Part shown: piece after piece, positions 22,801-34,804 of the stretch
How the letters are laid out: the number at the start of each line of letters is the position of its first letter
Numbering within the stretch: the stretch's first letter is position 1
Assembly: GCA_000002445.1 (NCBI GenBank)
Contig: CM000208.1
Location: 1,600,001-1,664,000 of the forward strand
Reading direction: 5' to 3'
Source of the DNA: Trypanosoma brucei
Taxonomy: Eukaryota
DNA length: 64,000 nt
Position numbers and translations under genes: made by a program
Notes under the pieces: model-generated
Databases searched by the model: none
The model's input: only the letters and a program-made list of their open reading frames with translations
What the model was told of the DNA's origin: nothing

Positions 22801-25800
22801 TTTCTCCACGACTTTCCCCAATTCACTAAAAGCAAGAAAAAAGTGCATTACGGCCGGTCAGGGAAAGCATTCGGCTCAAACGTACCACAGGGTAGGGGGA
22901 AATAGAGCTAAAATTCCCTCCGTGCCGTAGGCTTGCGGCAAAATCGAGGGAAAGTGCGGATCGAAAAGAATATCGGCTACAAGCTAGCAAAAAAAAACGT
23001 ACCGACGTGCAGGGAGGAGACTGGGGATGCGGCATGTCTACTCGATCTTCACATACTTACAGGCATATGCACACCGTGGGATTCAACCTGAATAGAAAAA
23101 CAGCAAAGGAATGTCAGCCATTTAGACAGTGGGGAATTTTGGGTCCGCTGTCAAGGTCAGTATTAAGCTGCATACTGGTAGACTGGGATCGACTGATTAC
23201 TGCACGATTTACAAGCAGCGGTACACACACATCTAACCGCCAAAACATATTTGCGCATGGGCGGGAATACCGGTTGTACAATTCCCCCTCCAGATTAAGG
23301 ACCACTTTGCCAAGTAAGAACCGACGACCCAGCATAATGTTCCTACAATGAATTTTCAACAATGGTCGGACCAAATAAGTAAGAGTACGCTACACCACCT
23401 TTCAAAACGGTCCACTTTCCAACACACAGAGGAAGAAAAGAGGCATGTGTCTCGAGACGCCCACAGTAAGAGAGAAAGTGTGATACATATAATCCAGAAA
23501 AGTTAATACCACCAAAGATGACTACTAAGGGCAGATAGGTATCCAGATGTGTATCTCGATACCGTTAAGAGTGGCCAATCAACGAAGCAGCATAATCATG
23601 CGGCACATCGGAAGAGAAAAACAGCTAATATATAGGATTCACGGTACTTATCTATGAGAAACAAGCGAGTCAAAATCAATCTAAAGATAATTCGCGCGGC
23701 ACAACATAAACAATCGGTAACGGAAGGGAAATCGCGGTTGCACACACATTCAGAGATTCGTCCGCCCGATTCTCCTCGAGTCGAACAGGAAAAACTCGAG
23801 TCGTTAATCCGAACACTATTGATATACAAAGTGCGTATTTCAACAGTTTCACCGAAAGACAATCATTTTCATAACCCCCATGGGCGTCAACGGCTGGCAC
23901 ACCGATAACGAACCCTTGGCAAACTCGCGAAAAAGAGGTCGGCCGAATTATCCACCAGGCCGTATATCAAAAGGCATTCACAGCCGTGACGCCGACACGA
24001 AACAGGGCAACTGAAACTGGCATAAACTCACACATATATAGTCACTTTAATTACGCCAGTTAGTAAAAATGAATAAACAATGCAACAGTTAACAGTGAGC
24101 ACAAAAGAGTGTATACATAATAATGGCGTGTTGTGCAAGGGCAATGCAACTTAACTAGCGCTACTACACGTGCAGCCATCATAACTCCCTTTTTCGAGAC
24201 GTTTCAGAGCATTTCAACGAAAAACGGCACACGTACATGCACATGAAGATGCGTCTGTTTTAAACAGTAGTAACCTACAGCGTTAAATTCCCCTAGGGAA
24301 GCAAGACGTCATGGCACCACAAGCTGCGGCCGAACGGATGCGCAACACGACATTTATGAGAACTTAAAGTCAGGCGGAAGTAATCCCTGTAAACAAAAGA
24401 GAACACTCGTTGACAAACGCAACAGAAAGGGGAAATTACAAGAAAAAACCACTAACCCAGTTACTGAAAGCGCCCCTTATATGTTTTTTTCCTTTTTTTA
24501 ATGCAACTGCAGGTAGCTTCTCGCAACAGCAAAACGAATACCACATCTCCGCCCATATGCGCAGGTATACATCGACTCCGGTTCAAAACTCTTTGTCGTG
24601 CATGATGGCTCAATACCTTCAGCGGTTGCGTCAAATTGCTTCCACACCAACCAACGACATGTTGATAAACCCGGGTGTGACGCCAACAAACAATCAAGCC
24701 CCGGGTGGTAATGTACCCAGTGCCACCGCGTCTGCAAATAATGACGCCGCTTAAAAAACATGTTAATCCACAAACTTGCCACTGTAAAGGCAAAAGGCTC
24801 ACAATCGCCGCCAGCCTAGAGTCACAACACGACCCGCCAACTCCCCAAACCGTCCAAAAAAAAAAAGATTCGACACAGCAGGGGCCAGTACTACGTAATC
24901 GCGTCCTGCATGACCCTTTCGAGCAACCCCTCGCCCCCGGCTCCGAGATTTTCTGGACAGACGCCCTCAGGCCAGAAACAAGAGGTGCGCACCCCATACC
25001 AATACACCGACGCCCCGTGCCACACCGTGTCACATCATACACTTGCGAAATGCATACTCAACATCATCGCGGGGGGATCTCCAGCGAAAGCTGCCGCTAC
25101 GGGTGTTCCCTCGGTGAAGGGTCCCTCTGGCGTCCCCATCGCTCCAAGTGGTAAAAGCGGCCGAAAATAAATTGACTACAAAGGGGGCCCCGACGTGTAA
25201 CTCGCGCGCCGCCCGAACAAACGCATTTTCGGGCAGCAGTTTATGGGGAAACCTTGTGTAAATAGTACCCCCTTGCTTAGAATCATAACCGCCGACATGC
25301 GGAAACAACTGTGGCCCACGGCGGCTGAACCACTGTGGCGCCTTGCAATGTAGCGGCCTCGACGAACACTAACACGGAGAAGTAGGGAAAAGAATTATGC
25401 AAAAAGCCCCACCCCCACGCTCACTATACACAGAGAAAAGCGGAAGCCCAAAACGCATGCGCCCGCACGCACAGCTCTGAGAACTGCGAATGAAGCCGCG
25501 CGAACGGCCAAACCTTATTTGACTTTCCCTGCTTCCGGACATTATCCTCTCCGATGCTGGGAGCGGGCCCCTTTCCTGGTCCGGTGCTTGTGCGCTCTTC
25601 CTGTCGCAGGCACTACTTGGACCATTCACCGGGACGGCGGGTAGCGGGCAAGCGTTGGGTAAGAAAACTCCTTGACGCAGTGCGAATGGTCCGCCAGACA
25701 CTCTTTCCGGAGGAGACCATGAGCAGGCAACGCTAGCCACCAAGAGGACACTGCTGTGCTCGGGACCCTGTATTGCACAGCTTTTGGGTCAACGGCGTAG

Positions 25801-26766
25801 CGCTGGGACGCCGTTTTCCACTCGTCAGTCCCTGAGGGAAAAATACAACTGCATCGGGCCGTCGGCCAGGACAGATTCGGGTCAGGCACTTACAGTCCAT
25901 CACCCTAAGCTAAATGAGAAGCTCGTACACATGCCTGCGCTGTGTTGCGGAAAATGTTTTTTGTAAATCCGTTGATTGATCGTTTTCACGCAGACAGCAG
26001 TCGAGAAACGTTAGGAGCACATCGCAACAGATGTCGAGCGGGACCCTTTTGGCTCCGGCAGTAAGATCGCGTATTTTATCCCCCTGTGCACGACCATTCC
26101 TTATCTTTTTGACTGTGCTGCTGAGGTACGGCCGACTCAGGTGCAAACGACTATTTATTTATTTTTTTTCGCCGGCGCCGGATGGAGGGGTCACAATGCC
26201 GTCCACAAAACGAGAACACCCAACGGCGGGCACCGCCAGACTGACCAGACTGTTACTGCGCGCGCCAGATAACTTTTGAAATCTCTCCGATATCCACCAT
26301 GCCGAATTCAGTTGTACCGGGTTAAAGGACCCCTACCGCCTTTTTTTGCGGACAAAACTAGAGGGAGCAGCGGCAGTTGCTGCAACTCCGTTGCGTAGAC
26401 TGGAATGCACCTCTCACGTGAAGGAGGTTTCAGCCAAGGTGTGTGTTTTGGCGAGCACAGGGGGAAATTGCGGCAGTCTCTTCCTTAACAGAACCCTCCG
26501 TGGCGCCCCGCTCTCCAGTCCGTAGTGGTGGGGAAGACTTCTTGATCCCGGACGCAGGGGCATGTGAAAGAATTTCTCTTTACGTACATTGTTGTCATTA
26601 CATTTCCTTCACATGGAGAGACCATTTCCGGCACACACGTGTATCGAGTGACACCCTTCAAAGCAGCGTCGACTTACATGTTCTCAGATCACAAAACGCA
26701 GCTGCGACGTCTCGAGAGTGAAAGCGTCCAACAATAAATTAGAGGGCTTGAATGTAAGTACGGGTC

Positions 26767-26768
<2 letters not shown>

Positions 26769-26804
<36 letters not shown>
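26769..26804. repeat. (GT)18 microsatellite at the strand-skew switch point
   Basis: Direct read: 36 nt of uninterrupted 'gt'. Confidence 0.95.
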
Positions 26805-26806
<2 letters not shown>

Positions 26807-27106
26807 AAACCGCCCTAGAGCCCCCAGTTCTAGGGATAGTTTGTTATGGAATCGTAGCCGTCATCACGGTTGATAGCATGTTATTCTCGGTGCATAGGTG
26901 ACCGCACTTAGTATCGATGTGACTCAGTGAGCCGAGCGTGACTGCGTTGTGTTTTATCGTAAAACTAGTCCTCCTTTGGGCGTAGAAAAGTAAATTTGGC
27001 GTCAGCGTTGCAGTGGGCTTGGTACAGTATTACAATGCGCGTCTGAAAGCAGGGTGGTTTACACGAAAGTTGGGACTCACTCCCTACATTTTCTTTGGTT
27101 TCTGTC

Positions 27107-27126
27107 TTTTTTTTTGGGGGGGGGGG
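27107..27126 (+). repeat. T9G11 composite homopolymer tract
   Basis: Direct read: 'tttttttttggggggggggg'. Confidence 0.9.
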
Positions 27127-27504
27127 TGAACTGATCAACGTCTCGGGGATATTACACGATTCATAATGGGAACGTTTTCTTAGTCCCTGGTTGAAATTCA
27201 CAAATCCGACAACACAGCAAACTACTTACCACCGCCCCTCCTACAAAAAAAAGACGTTTCAACCAGTGCTGAGGAGAAAAAAGATTTCTGTTTGGCTATG
27301 GCGGGCCGTCACCTTGTTTGTACCATTGACCCACTGGCTGTCTACTTCAAAAACATACACTGCGAAATGTCACCTCAGGAAGGTAGCACCAGTTGTCTCT
27401 TGGCCAATCCATTTCTTGCCCACCCGCCTTCGGAGGAGCGTTGCAATGGAAACCGGAGATATACTGATTAGTCTTTAGGGTTTGACTGAGTTCCAAAGCC
27501 ATAG

Positions 27505-27523
27505 TTTAGAGTTAGGGTTAGGT
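27505..27523 (+). repeat. Short interstitial telomere-like hexamer cluster (TTAGAG-TTAGGG-TTAGGT), with another TTAGGG at 27475-27480
   Basis: Direct read of 'tttagagttagggttaggt'. The trypanosomatid telomere unit is TTAGGG. Confidence 0.5.
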
Positions 27524-30500
27524 GCGAGTTGGTGTACCAGTCCAAATTGCGAACATCATCTTATCTAGTGCAGCGCTTCATTACAGCTGCACCGCGTTTC
27601 CAGTAAACGTGCGTCGCTGCAACACATTGGGTGGCCAATGCCTCTCTACGGTATGGGCACGATGGCTCCCTCCTCTTGCATGTGATAGCGTGTGGGTCAT
27701 CGTTCCTTTGGTCCTATTCCTCAAATGCGGAGCAACCCCTTGGTCACTTTCTTTGAACTGAACTTCAGACTCATCGACTTGTCGAGTCATCCAATCATAA
27801 AAACGCCAGAGCCTCTCCGTGGAACTCCGCGAGCGGTCAGACTCCTCCTGAGTCAGCGTTGGACCCTTCTTGTTGGCCGTCCGGTAGTTTGCGAACAGCC
27901 CCTCTCCACTTGCAATCGGAATCTTTTTTTGGCGTCGCTTGACTGGAGCAAAGGTTCTGTAGGTAGTGCTGCGTTCAGCTTCGTCTCTTGCCCCCATCCC
28001 TCAAGGTTGATTTTTTGTTTTACTCCAGTGAGAAACCAGAACCTGTAGTGGAATGCGAGCGTCACAGTGTGAGACTAAAAAATACCCTTACGTTATACGG
28101 AGCTCTCTCGAACACTACGCCAAGATCTGTTCGAGGCACCATGGGTAGTGTTCGAGAGTCTGGTATTATACACTTTACACAAACAGGGCATATAATTATG
28201 CGGAGATTTCCCTAGTGTTCGATACTATTCAAGATGTGAGAATGCATTTCCTATGGTGACTAAAAGTGTGTTATATCGGCTTAGTTCCCCTGCACATAAT
28301 ATACCATGAGGCGTTATGTACACAATATGGGAAGTGTGGCTACTGTATATGTTATTTGTTAACTCTTCCTTCGAATGAAACTACAGTCACAGCTCTCCTT
28401 CTCACATCATATGTATCTGCTTTACCTCACATTATTACTCTATACCATCGTGTTCTAATGGGAAAAATGATGTGGAATGACGGATTGGGTGAAAAAAGAA
28501 AAGATCAGAAAGGCATGACTATCTCTCTCTATGGTGTGTGGTATACGCTGTTGATGCTTTGAAAGTTCTGCGTCATCACGTGATATCGTATATCCACATG
28601 CTGTGTGCATGTATTCGTGTGATGCATGCTTGGAACAATGGAGAGTGTGACCATGTCAGTTTGTGTTCACCACCGTGCTCTTCATCTGTAGGAGTAGGTA
28701 AAACTAACAACAGATCATCAATATTTCAACGAAGGGAAGACAGGGTCGGTTTTAATCTGCGGCCACCGAGTGTCGGAGCAACGGTGGAGCCCCAACGTAT
28801 CCGTAGTGTTCAACCCCCTCCGTTGCGGTCTCCGCGTCCCCGCTCCTCATTGTTCGGCCGCTTTTGAAGACGCCACGTTGAGACTGGAACCTGTGTCTTG
28901 CCGCTTTTGCTGGAAAGAGGAAGGAAGATCACTGTGGCCACTAACAGTGGAGGGTCGGGTGTCGTGAGATGTGTCTATCTTCCGTTGGGGTTTTCTTCTT
29001 GGGAAAGCGGTTTACCTTAGTGGGCGGCGGTAACCTGTTCTATTTGGAAGGATGTCGTGCAGGGGGTGAGTGAGTTTTCTTGACCAAGTTTACGAATTTG
29101 TTGTGCACCCCTGTTTTATCCCACTGCTTGAAGTGTTTCGGAATAGATGATAGGGAGGATGGTATGGCAAGAAACCTGCCGGGACCTTTACCGTTTCACC
29201 GCTGACTACATGTTCCCACAATTTTCTACCATATCCTTCGGGCGGCATTGCAGTGAGAGTGCCATGTGGGACAGGGGACAGATTGGAACTTGATCTTCCG
29301 GAGGTCTTCGGAGTTATAGAGTGATTGCTTCTCTTCTCCTTTCCTTTGGCGTGACTCTCATACGGAGGCTCTTGGTGAGCAGGATACAATTCGCCTGCTG
29401 ACTTTTTGGTTTATTTTTTTCCATATTTCAGTGTTGCGGGGTCACTTTCGGCACCGTTGGGAATCGAGAAGTGACGTATAAAGGTGTTCGCTTCTGCAGC
29501 AAAAAGTGGTTCCGTTTGGTATTCGTTTGTGGAGACATTTTCCCTCCTTCCCATTTCGGACAACTTTTTGTCCCGGAAGAAGGGCTTTTGGTATTGTCCC
29601 GTCCGATGATCTTTGCCCCGATCGTTCCATCATGAATAATAGCTACAACTGTGTGTGTCTGTACGGCTGTGGATATTTCCGCAGTCCCCAATCGCTTCGG
29701 TCGCTTTTACTCTTTTATAGCACGGTTTAGAGTTGGTAAGCCGGCACCGTTCCATGGAAATAGCACTCATAGACATGATATCGGCGCCCCCTCAGAGCTT
29801 ACGCGGGCATCGAAGAGTATGACTTGATTGTCGCTGTGCGATGCGGATTGGAGGGTCATGTTTCTAACGAGGCAGCACCTCGAGAGGGTCACGCTGCTGC
29901 CTGAACTAATGGCACGCGCATGGCCACATTTTACACGCTCCCATATGCCTTCAATGTTTCACATATTTTCCGCATACCGAAGGACGACGAAATCACTCCC
30001 TCTGCGTGAAGGGACATCTTTATCCCGCTCCAAAGGGTTGGAAGTTGGAGCCGTTAGTGCTTACCTCTGTTCCTGCAGAGTTGGATCGCGGAACTGTTCA
30101 GTTATCGCTATTTTTCCGTGGGGGAATTTAACGGGGGTAAGGGTGATTTTGAGGGATCCTGCAAGGTGGGTTCTTGCGTGGACAAATTCGCGCGAATCAA
30201 CACTCGAGACACCCATCTCCGGTGACAGGTTTTAGAAGAAGTTTAAGGGTACAATAACAGAGCGTTCATGCATAGCTATGCCTATTTGCTTCATATCCCT
30301 GAGGAAGTGATGCGGCAACACATCCTCGTGGGGGAAGGGACCCAAGGAGTACGAAGGGTTTCGAGTGCCTTTTATTGTTATCGAGGCATATGTCCCACTC
30401 CACTACCAAAACATCCCCGCACAACGACGGGGGCCCTTCGGGTAGTAAGCCGATCTTGCTAACCTTCTCTTTTTTCAATACATACGCGCCCACTTCTCTT

Positions 30501-31596
30501 CTCTTCGTGATGGTGTACGTGGGGGCCACCGGAATGGCGCCTGTTATGGCCCTGGAGGTTGCAAAATAAGGAGGGAACACTTTGTATAAAGGGATGGGCA
30601 ACCGGACTCGTTGTAGCAGAAAGTCGGAGGGGTCACACTCAGTTTTCGGCCCGCTGCAGGAACAACGCTTGAGGGGCGAGTCGCTAGGAAGCGTAGCGGT
30701 GAGAGCTTTCCCGTTTCTGGAGGGGTTTTGGAGAGCTGACACCGAGAATGCCGGTAGGTTCGCCTCGGCCGGGACATGACAACTGACACTATTGAATTGA
30801 GTACTTGGAGGGGTGACGGTGTGAAGGTGAGGTATCAACCGATGGAGGTCGCGCGTCCCAGCGTCCCAGGTGGCCGTCAACCTGGAACTGACAGGCCCTG
30901 TGCCTGGGCTTTTGCCGAGCTGCTCGTCTGACAGAAAGGGAAGCTGCGTCAATACTGAGGCCCTTGTCGCTGTGTTTGATGTTTTGTCGCAGATGCTGCT
31001 TTTTGTTTTATTTTTCCCCCATGGGGACTCCAAATTGAGTTAGAGCGGCGCCTGCTACAAAGAGATTTGGTCGTTTTTCGTGATAAAGTTAGGGCTCTGC
31101 TCGGTGCATTTTTTTAAAAAAAATTCTAGGAGGCAAGGGTCCTGGGCGCGGGGGCGGGGACACCACTACGTGGGCTGCAGCATGTGGACTCTGCCGGCCC
31201 CTTTTCTTTTCACCGAAACGCTAGCTGACCTATGCTCGCCGCGCACGTCCAAGGTGCCATGGAAGTACCCCCTCAGTTGTTTGCCCGGAAAGTGATGAGG
31301 GAGCAGCCGGCCATTACTAATCCGTGGGCTGCCGGTGGGACATCAGGAAGGTGATATTGCTGCCGGTTTTGTAAAGAGCAAGGTGAGACCGGCGCATCCC
31401 GACATCTCTTTGAGAGTGCCACAGCCCATCGCTAGAGAAGGCAGCGGTTTGCAGTACGCTGTTGGGGTGCGCGCCTGTCTGAGGACTTCCCTAATGTAAA
31501 CATGTTGTGGCTGCCTCTTTGGGCATGAGCGTCTTAGGTGCGATTGTTTTTTCCTACGTTTCGCGGTCGTCACAGTGGTAGGTGGTAGACTGCATG

Positions 31597-31624
31597 TTTT
31601 TTTTTTTTTTTGGGGGGGGGGGGG
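31597..31624 (+). repeat. T15G13 composite homopolymer tract
   Basis: Direct read: 'tttttttttttttttggggggggggggg'. Confidence 0.9.
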
Positions 31625-32098
31625 TGATTATCTATGCCTCTCCTCGTTTTAGGTGCGAGCATCAGCAGCGCCGGCGGACGTGTTCTTGACTCCTAGTGGG
31701 CGCGTAAAAGACGGTTTGTTTCGAGTTGTTCGGTCCACGCGGCCTGGAGCTACGTTGGCGGAAGTGGGTGGGTTCCTCCTTGTCGTATGCTCGGACAGTC
31801 CTAGCGATAAGACCGCGGGAAGGGACTTCTGTCGCGTGTGGGTGATCTGGGTTTATCGCTGTTGCTCAATGGAGCTTTTTTTAAAGGCCTCCCAAGAGGG
31901 TCCTTTTACTCTGTACTGTTCAACGTTGGCGCCCACTCGCTTAGTATTCACAGTCTTCGTGAGAAGAGGTTGGTTGCGGATACTGTAGAATGGCATCCGG
32001 CTGAAGTGCTGTGGTCTTTCTGTTGCGATGTTAAAGATACTGGCCCTCGAATCAATGTTTACCGGTGGAAGCTGTACACCTGTGTTGTGTCTGACAAT

Positions 32099-32134
32099 CT
32101 CTCTCTCTCTCTCTCTCTTTTTTTTGGGGGGGGG
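32099..32134 (+). repeat. (CT)10-T8-G9 composite tract
   Basis: Direct read: 'ctctctctctctctctctct' + 'tttttttt' + 'ggggggggg'. Confidence 0.9.
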
Positions 32135-32553
32135 AACGTGGATGTAAGTTCGCAGTCGCTTTGTTTAAGAGTTTAGTAATATCTTCGCGTGTGTCCACGA
32201 GGTGGGCGACAACTAGATTGTTCTGAGCCGCTACTGCGTATGTGCTCCGTCACCGATTCCTGTTGTTGGATGTTCAGATAATGGTGCGGGGAAACTTTCC
32301 ATGAATCACCTGGGATGCCTTGTGTAGAAGTGTCCTTTGTCTTTGTGGTTTGGTGGCACTGCCTCTCATTTCTTCAACCATCTTTTCATTTTTTAAATGG
32401 ACTATTTTCTCTTCATTTTAATGGATATCATCACTCTTGGTATGTATGTGGAGCCATTTGCATCGTCATCGTTACTTTCCCCATGCATGAAGTAGGTATT
32501 TACATCAGTTCTTGTTCCTTTGCCGCTTCATTTTGATAACAAAGCCACACGCT

Positions 32554-33291
32554 ATGAAAAGAGTTCTTTTACTCTTTGACGTTGACGGAACGCTAACCCC
32601 TCCTCGACTTTGCCAAACGGACGAAATGAGGGCTTTGATAAAGCGAGCGCGGGGTGCAGGGTTTTGTGTGGGTACAGTTGGAGGATCTGACTTTGCAAAG
32701 CAGGTTGAGCAACTCGGACGTGACGTCCTCACTCAGTTCGATTACGTATTTGCAGAAAATGGTCTACTGGCGTACCGGAATGGATTAGAGATTCATCGGC
32801 AAAGTTTGTTGAATGCACTTGGAAACGACCGCATTGTAAAATTTGTTAAGAAAACGCTGCGGCTTATTGCTGACCTTGATATTCCGGTCCAGAGGGGCAC
32901 ATTTGTCGAATATAGGAATGGTATGATAAACGTTTCGCCGATAGGACGCAACTGCTCCCAGGCTGAGAGAGATGAATTTGAAGTTTATGATAACGAACAC
33001 AGAGTCCGTGCAAGCTTAATTGCGGAGCTGGAGAATAGCTTCCCCGATTTTGGGCTGAAATACTCTATTGGTGGACAGATAAGCTTTGATGTCTTTCCAG
33101 TAGGCTGGGACAAAACCTATTGTTTGCAGTTTGTTGAAGACGACTTCGAGGAGATCCACTTTTTTGGCGATAAGACCCAAGAAGGTGGAAATGACTACGA
33201 AATTTACACGGACAAGCGGACTATTGGGCACAAAGTTACTTCCTACAAAGATACCATTGCAGAGGTGGAAAAAATAATTGCCATGAAGTAA
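32554..33291 (+). CDS. PMM: Phosphomannomutase (eukaryotic PMM, HAD superfamily)
   Basis: '[14 protein letters not shown]...[16 protein letters not shown]...[12 protein letters not shown]...[29 protein letters not shown]...[22 protein letters not shown]...[17 protein letters not shown]' is collinear with human PMM2. The ORF-track start at 32512 is TTG. The first ATG is 32554 ('[15 protein letters not shown]'), which matches the PMM2 N-terminus. Confidence 0.92.
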   Translation: MKRVLLLFDVDGTLTPPRLCQTDEMRALIKRARGAGFCVGTVGGSDFAKQVEQLGRDVLTQFDYVFAENGLLAYRNGLEIHRQSLLNALGNDRIVKFVKKTLRLIADLDIPVQRGTFVEYRNGMINVSPIGRNCSQAERDEFEVYDNEHRVRASLIAELENSFPDFGLKYSIGGQISFDVFPVGWDKTYCLQFVEDDFEEIHFFGDKTQEGGNDYEIYTDKRTIGHKVTSYKDTIAEVEKIIAMK

Positions 33292-33638
33292 GCTACCAGG
33301 CTTTCTTCACAGTTTTTTCGAAGACAACGTACAAACACCCTTACTTACCGTTGGTTTCTGATGGGATGGAACTCAATTGCTTTGGCACCGTTTTCTTTTA
33401 GCATCCAGGAAGAACCATGGCACATTGAGTGTACCGAAGTTTGTGGATGCGGTTTACCTTTTTTGATTTTATATTTCCTAGTTCATGGAGACACATCCCT
33501 TCTTTTTGGTGGTGGACTGTGCTGTTCATATTCAATCAAGTGTCTTTCCAAACCATATGTAGCGGGATGCTTTAAAATATTCACTAGAGTAACTATTCTC
33601 TTTCGCCCTTATCGACCGAAGAAATTGAGGCAGCGATA

Positions 33639-34553
33639 ATGGATCACCCTCCCGCAGGACCGTTTGGAGGAGGGGAGTGCCGCTGCACTGGTATACGTTT
33701 TTGCCAGCACTGCATAGATTCAGATCGTGCACAGTCTATAGTCAGGCGGCACGTTTCACTCGCAAACGCATCTGATGTCGTTCTACGGCAATATACTGAC
33801 CAGCGAATGTCCTCATGCTCCTTCGCTTGCGTGGGACCTAGTCTGCTTTCTATGTGCTGCGCATGTAGGACCGTTTTTGAAACGGCTGGTGGAGTACTAA
33901 AGTGCTGCGGAGATCACAAAGGTTTTATCGCGCGAACTGATATCGAACTATCCGGATTAACGATCCAACCAGGGTTTGTTTCTCCTAATGAAGAAGAGTA
34001 CCTGGTGGCATTCTTTGATAATCCAGCCCCCTTTGCTGCCTGGAAAGTTTCACAAAGCGGAAGGAGGAAACAGGAGTACGGGCCTAAGGCCAATTTTAAG
34101 AAACGGAAGTTGAAGGTGGGTGATTTCCGAGCCTTGCCGCATCAGATGAAAACGACTCTGGACAGGGTCCGGTCCTTTGTTGCAGAACAAACGATGAGGG
34201 AATATTGTATTGTGGAAGTATCAGTTTTGGAATATACGGCTGAGTGTAGTTGTTTGGATCCTCACATCGACGACACGTGGCTATGGGGTGACCGCATTGG
34301 TGGTCTTAACTTGTTGGATGACGTTACTTTAACATTTGTGAGCGCTGATGAGGTCGCAGTGACCGTGTTTGTCCCACGTGGTGCTTTTTTTCTGCTAACC
34401 GGTGTAAGCCGCTACGAATGGATGCATGGCATACGGCGTGAGGATGTTAAAAACCGTCGTGTGTCTGTCACATTCCGGGAGTTTGCCGACAATTTGGTCG
34501 TTGATCAAGAAATACTTAAAACTATCGTAATGTCCGCTACGACATTCATTTAG
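33639..34553 (+). CDS. AlkB-like 2-oxoglutarate/Fe(II) dioxygenase (ALKBH-type)
   Basis: C-terminal half has the double-stranded beta-helix signature 'DPHIDD...WGDRIGGLNLLDD...VSRYEWMHGI...RRVSVTFRE' (HxD...H...RxS). The N-terminus is Cys-rich ('CRCTGIRFCQHC'). ATG verified. Confidence 0.65.
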   Translation: MDHPPAGPFGGGECRCTGIRFCQHCIDSDRAQSIVRRHVSLANASDVVLRQYTDQRMSSCSFACVGPSLLSMCCACRTVFETAGGVLKCCGDHKGFIARTDIELSGLTIQPGFVSPNEEEYLVAFFDNPAPFAAWKVSQSGRRKQEYGPKANFKKRKLKVGDFRALPHQMKTTLDRVRSFVAEQTMREYCIVEVSVLEYTAECSCLDPHIDDTWLWGDRIGGLNLLDDVTLTFVSADEVAVTVFVPRGAFFLLTGVSRYEWMHGIRREDVKNRRVSVTFREFADNLVVDQEILKTIVMSATTFI

Positions 34554-34804
34554 TGGCGTTCTGAGTCAGCAACTCGTGTTTCTCCCCCTTAAAGGTTTTT
34601 TTGCATGCAATTGCACTTACAGCGCAGTGACGTGGTAGTTGTTTTGTTTTGCGTGACGGTGTTGGAGTATCCGATCAACTATTTCCCCCCTGATAAATTT
34701 TATGCCCTTTATATATTGTTTCTACTGATATTTTCCGTACTCTAGGTTGACGACCGGAAGGGATTTTACATCCGTGAGGATAGTAGTAAGATATTGTTTC
34801 CGCT

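Larger units (their letters stand above)
19850..32553. promoter_or_regulatory. Divergent strand-switch region, about 12.7 kb with no credible ORF. Putative bidirectional RNA pol II start region, with the switch point near 26-27 kb.
   Basis: Every credible CDS left of 19849 is minus-strand and every credible CDS right of 32554 is plus-strand. The plus strand is A/purine-rich from 19850 to about 25000 (the minus strand is pyrimidine-rich, as trypanosomatid sense-strand UTRs are). From about 27000 onward the plus strand becomes T/G-rich. The flip coincides with the (GT)18 at 26769-26804. Confidence 0.75.

Noticed and set aside
24461-25154. Overlapping 193-aa (minus) and 149-aa (plus) ORFs in the GC-rich part of the start region
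   Set aside because: They are mutually overlapping on opposite strands with Cys/Arg/Gly-rich translations, which is typical of chance ORFs in GC-rich DNA. Neither has a recognisable domain.
30266-31033. 255-aa minus-strand ORF inside the start region
   Set aside because: It begins at a non-ATG start in the ORF track, is Ser/Pro/Thr-rich low complexity, and lies antisense to the local transcription direction. There is no motif support.
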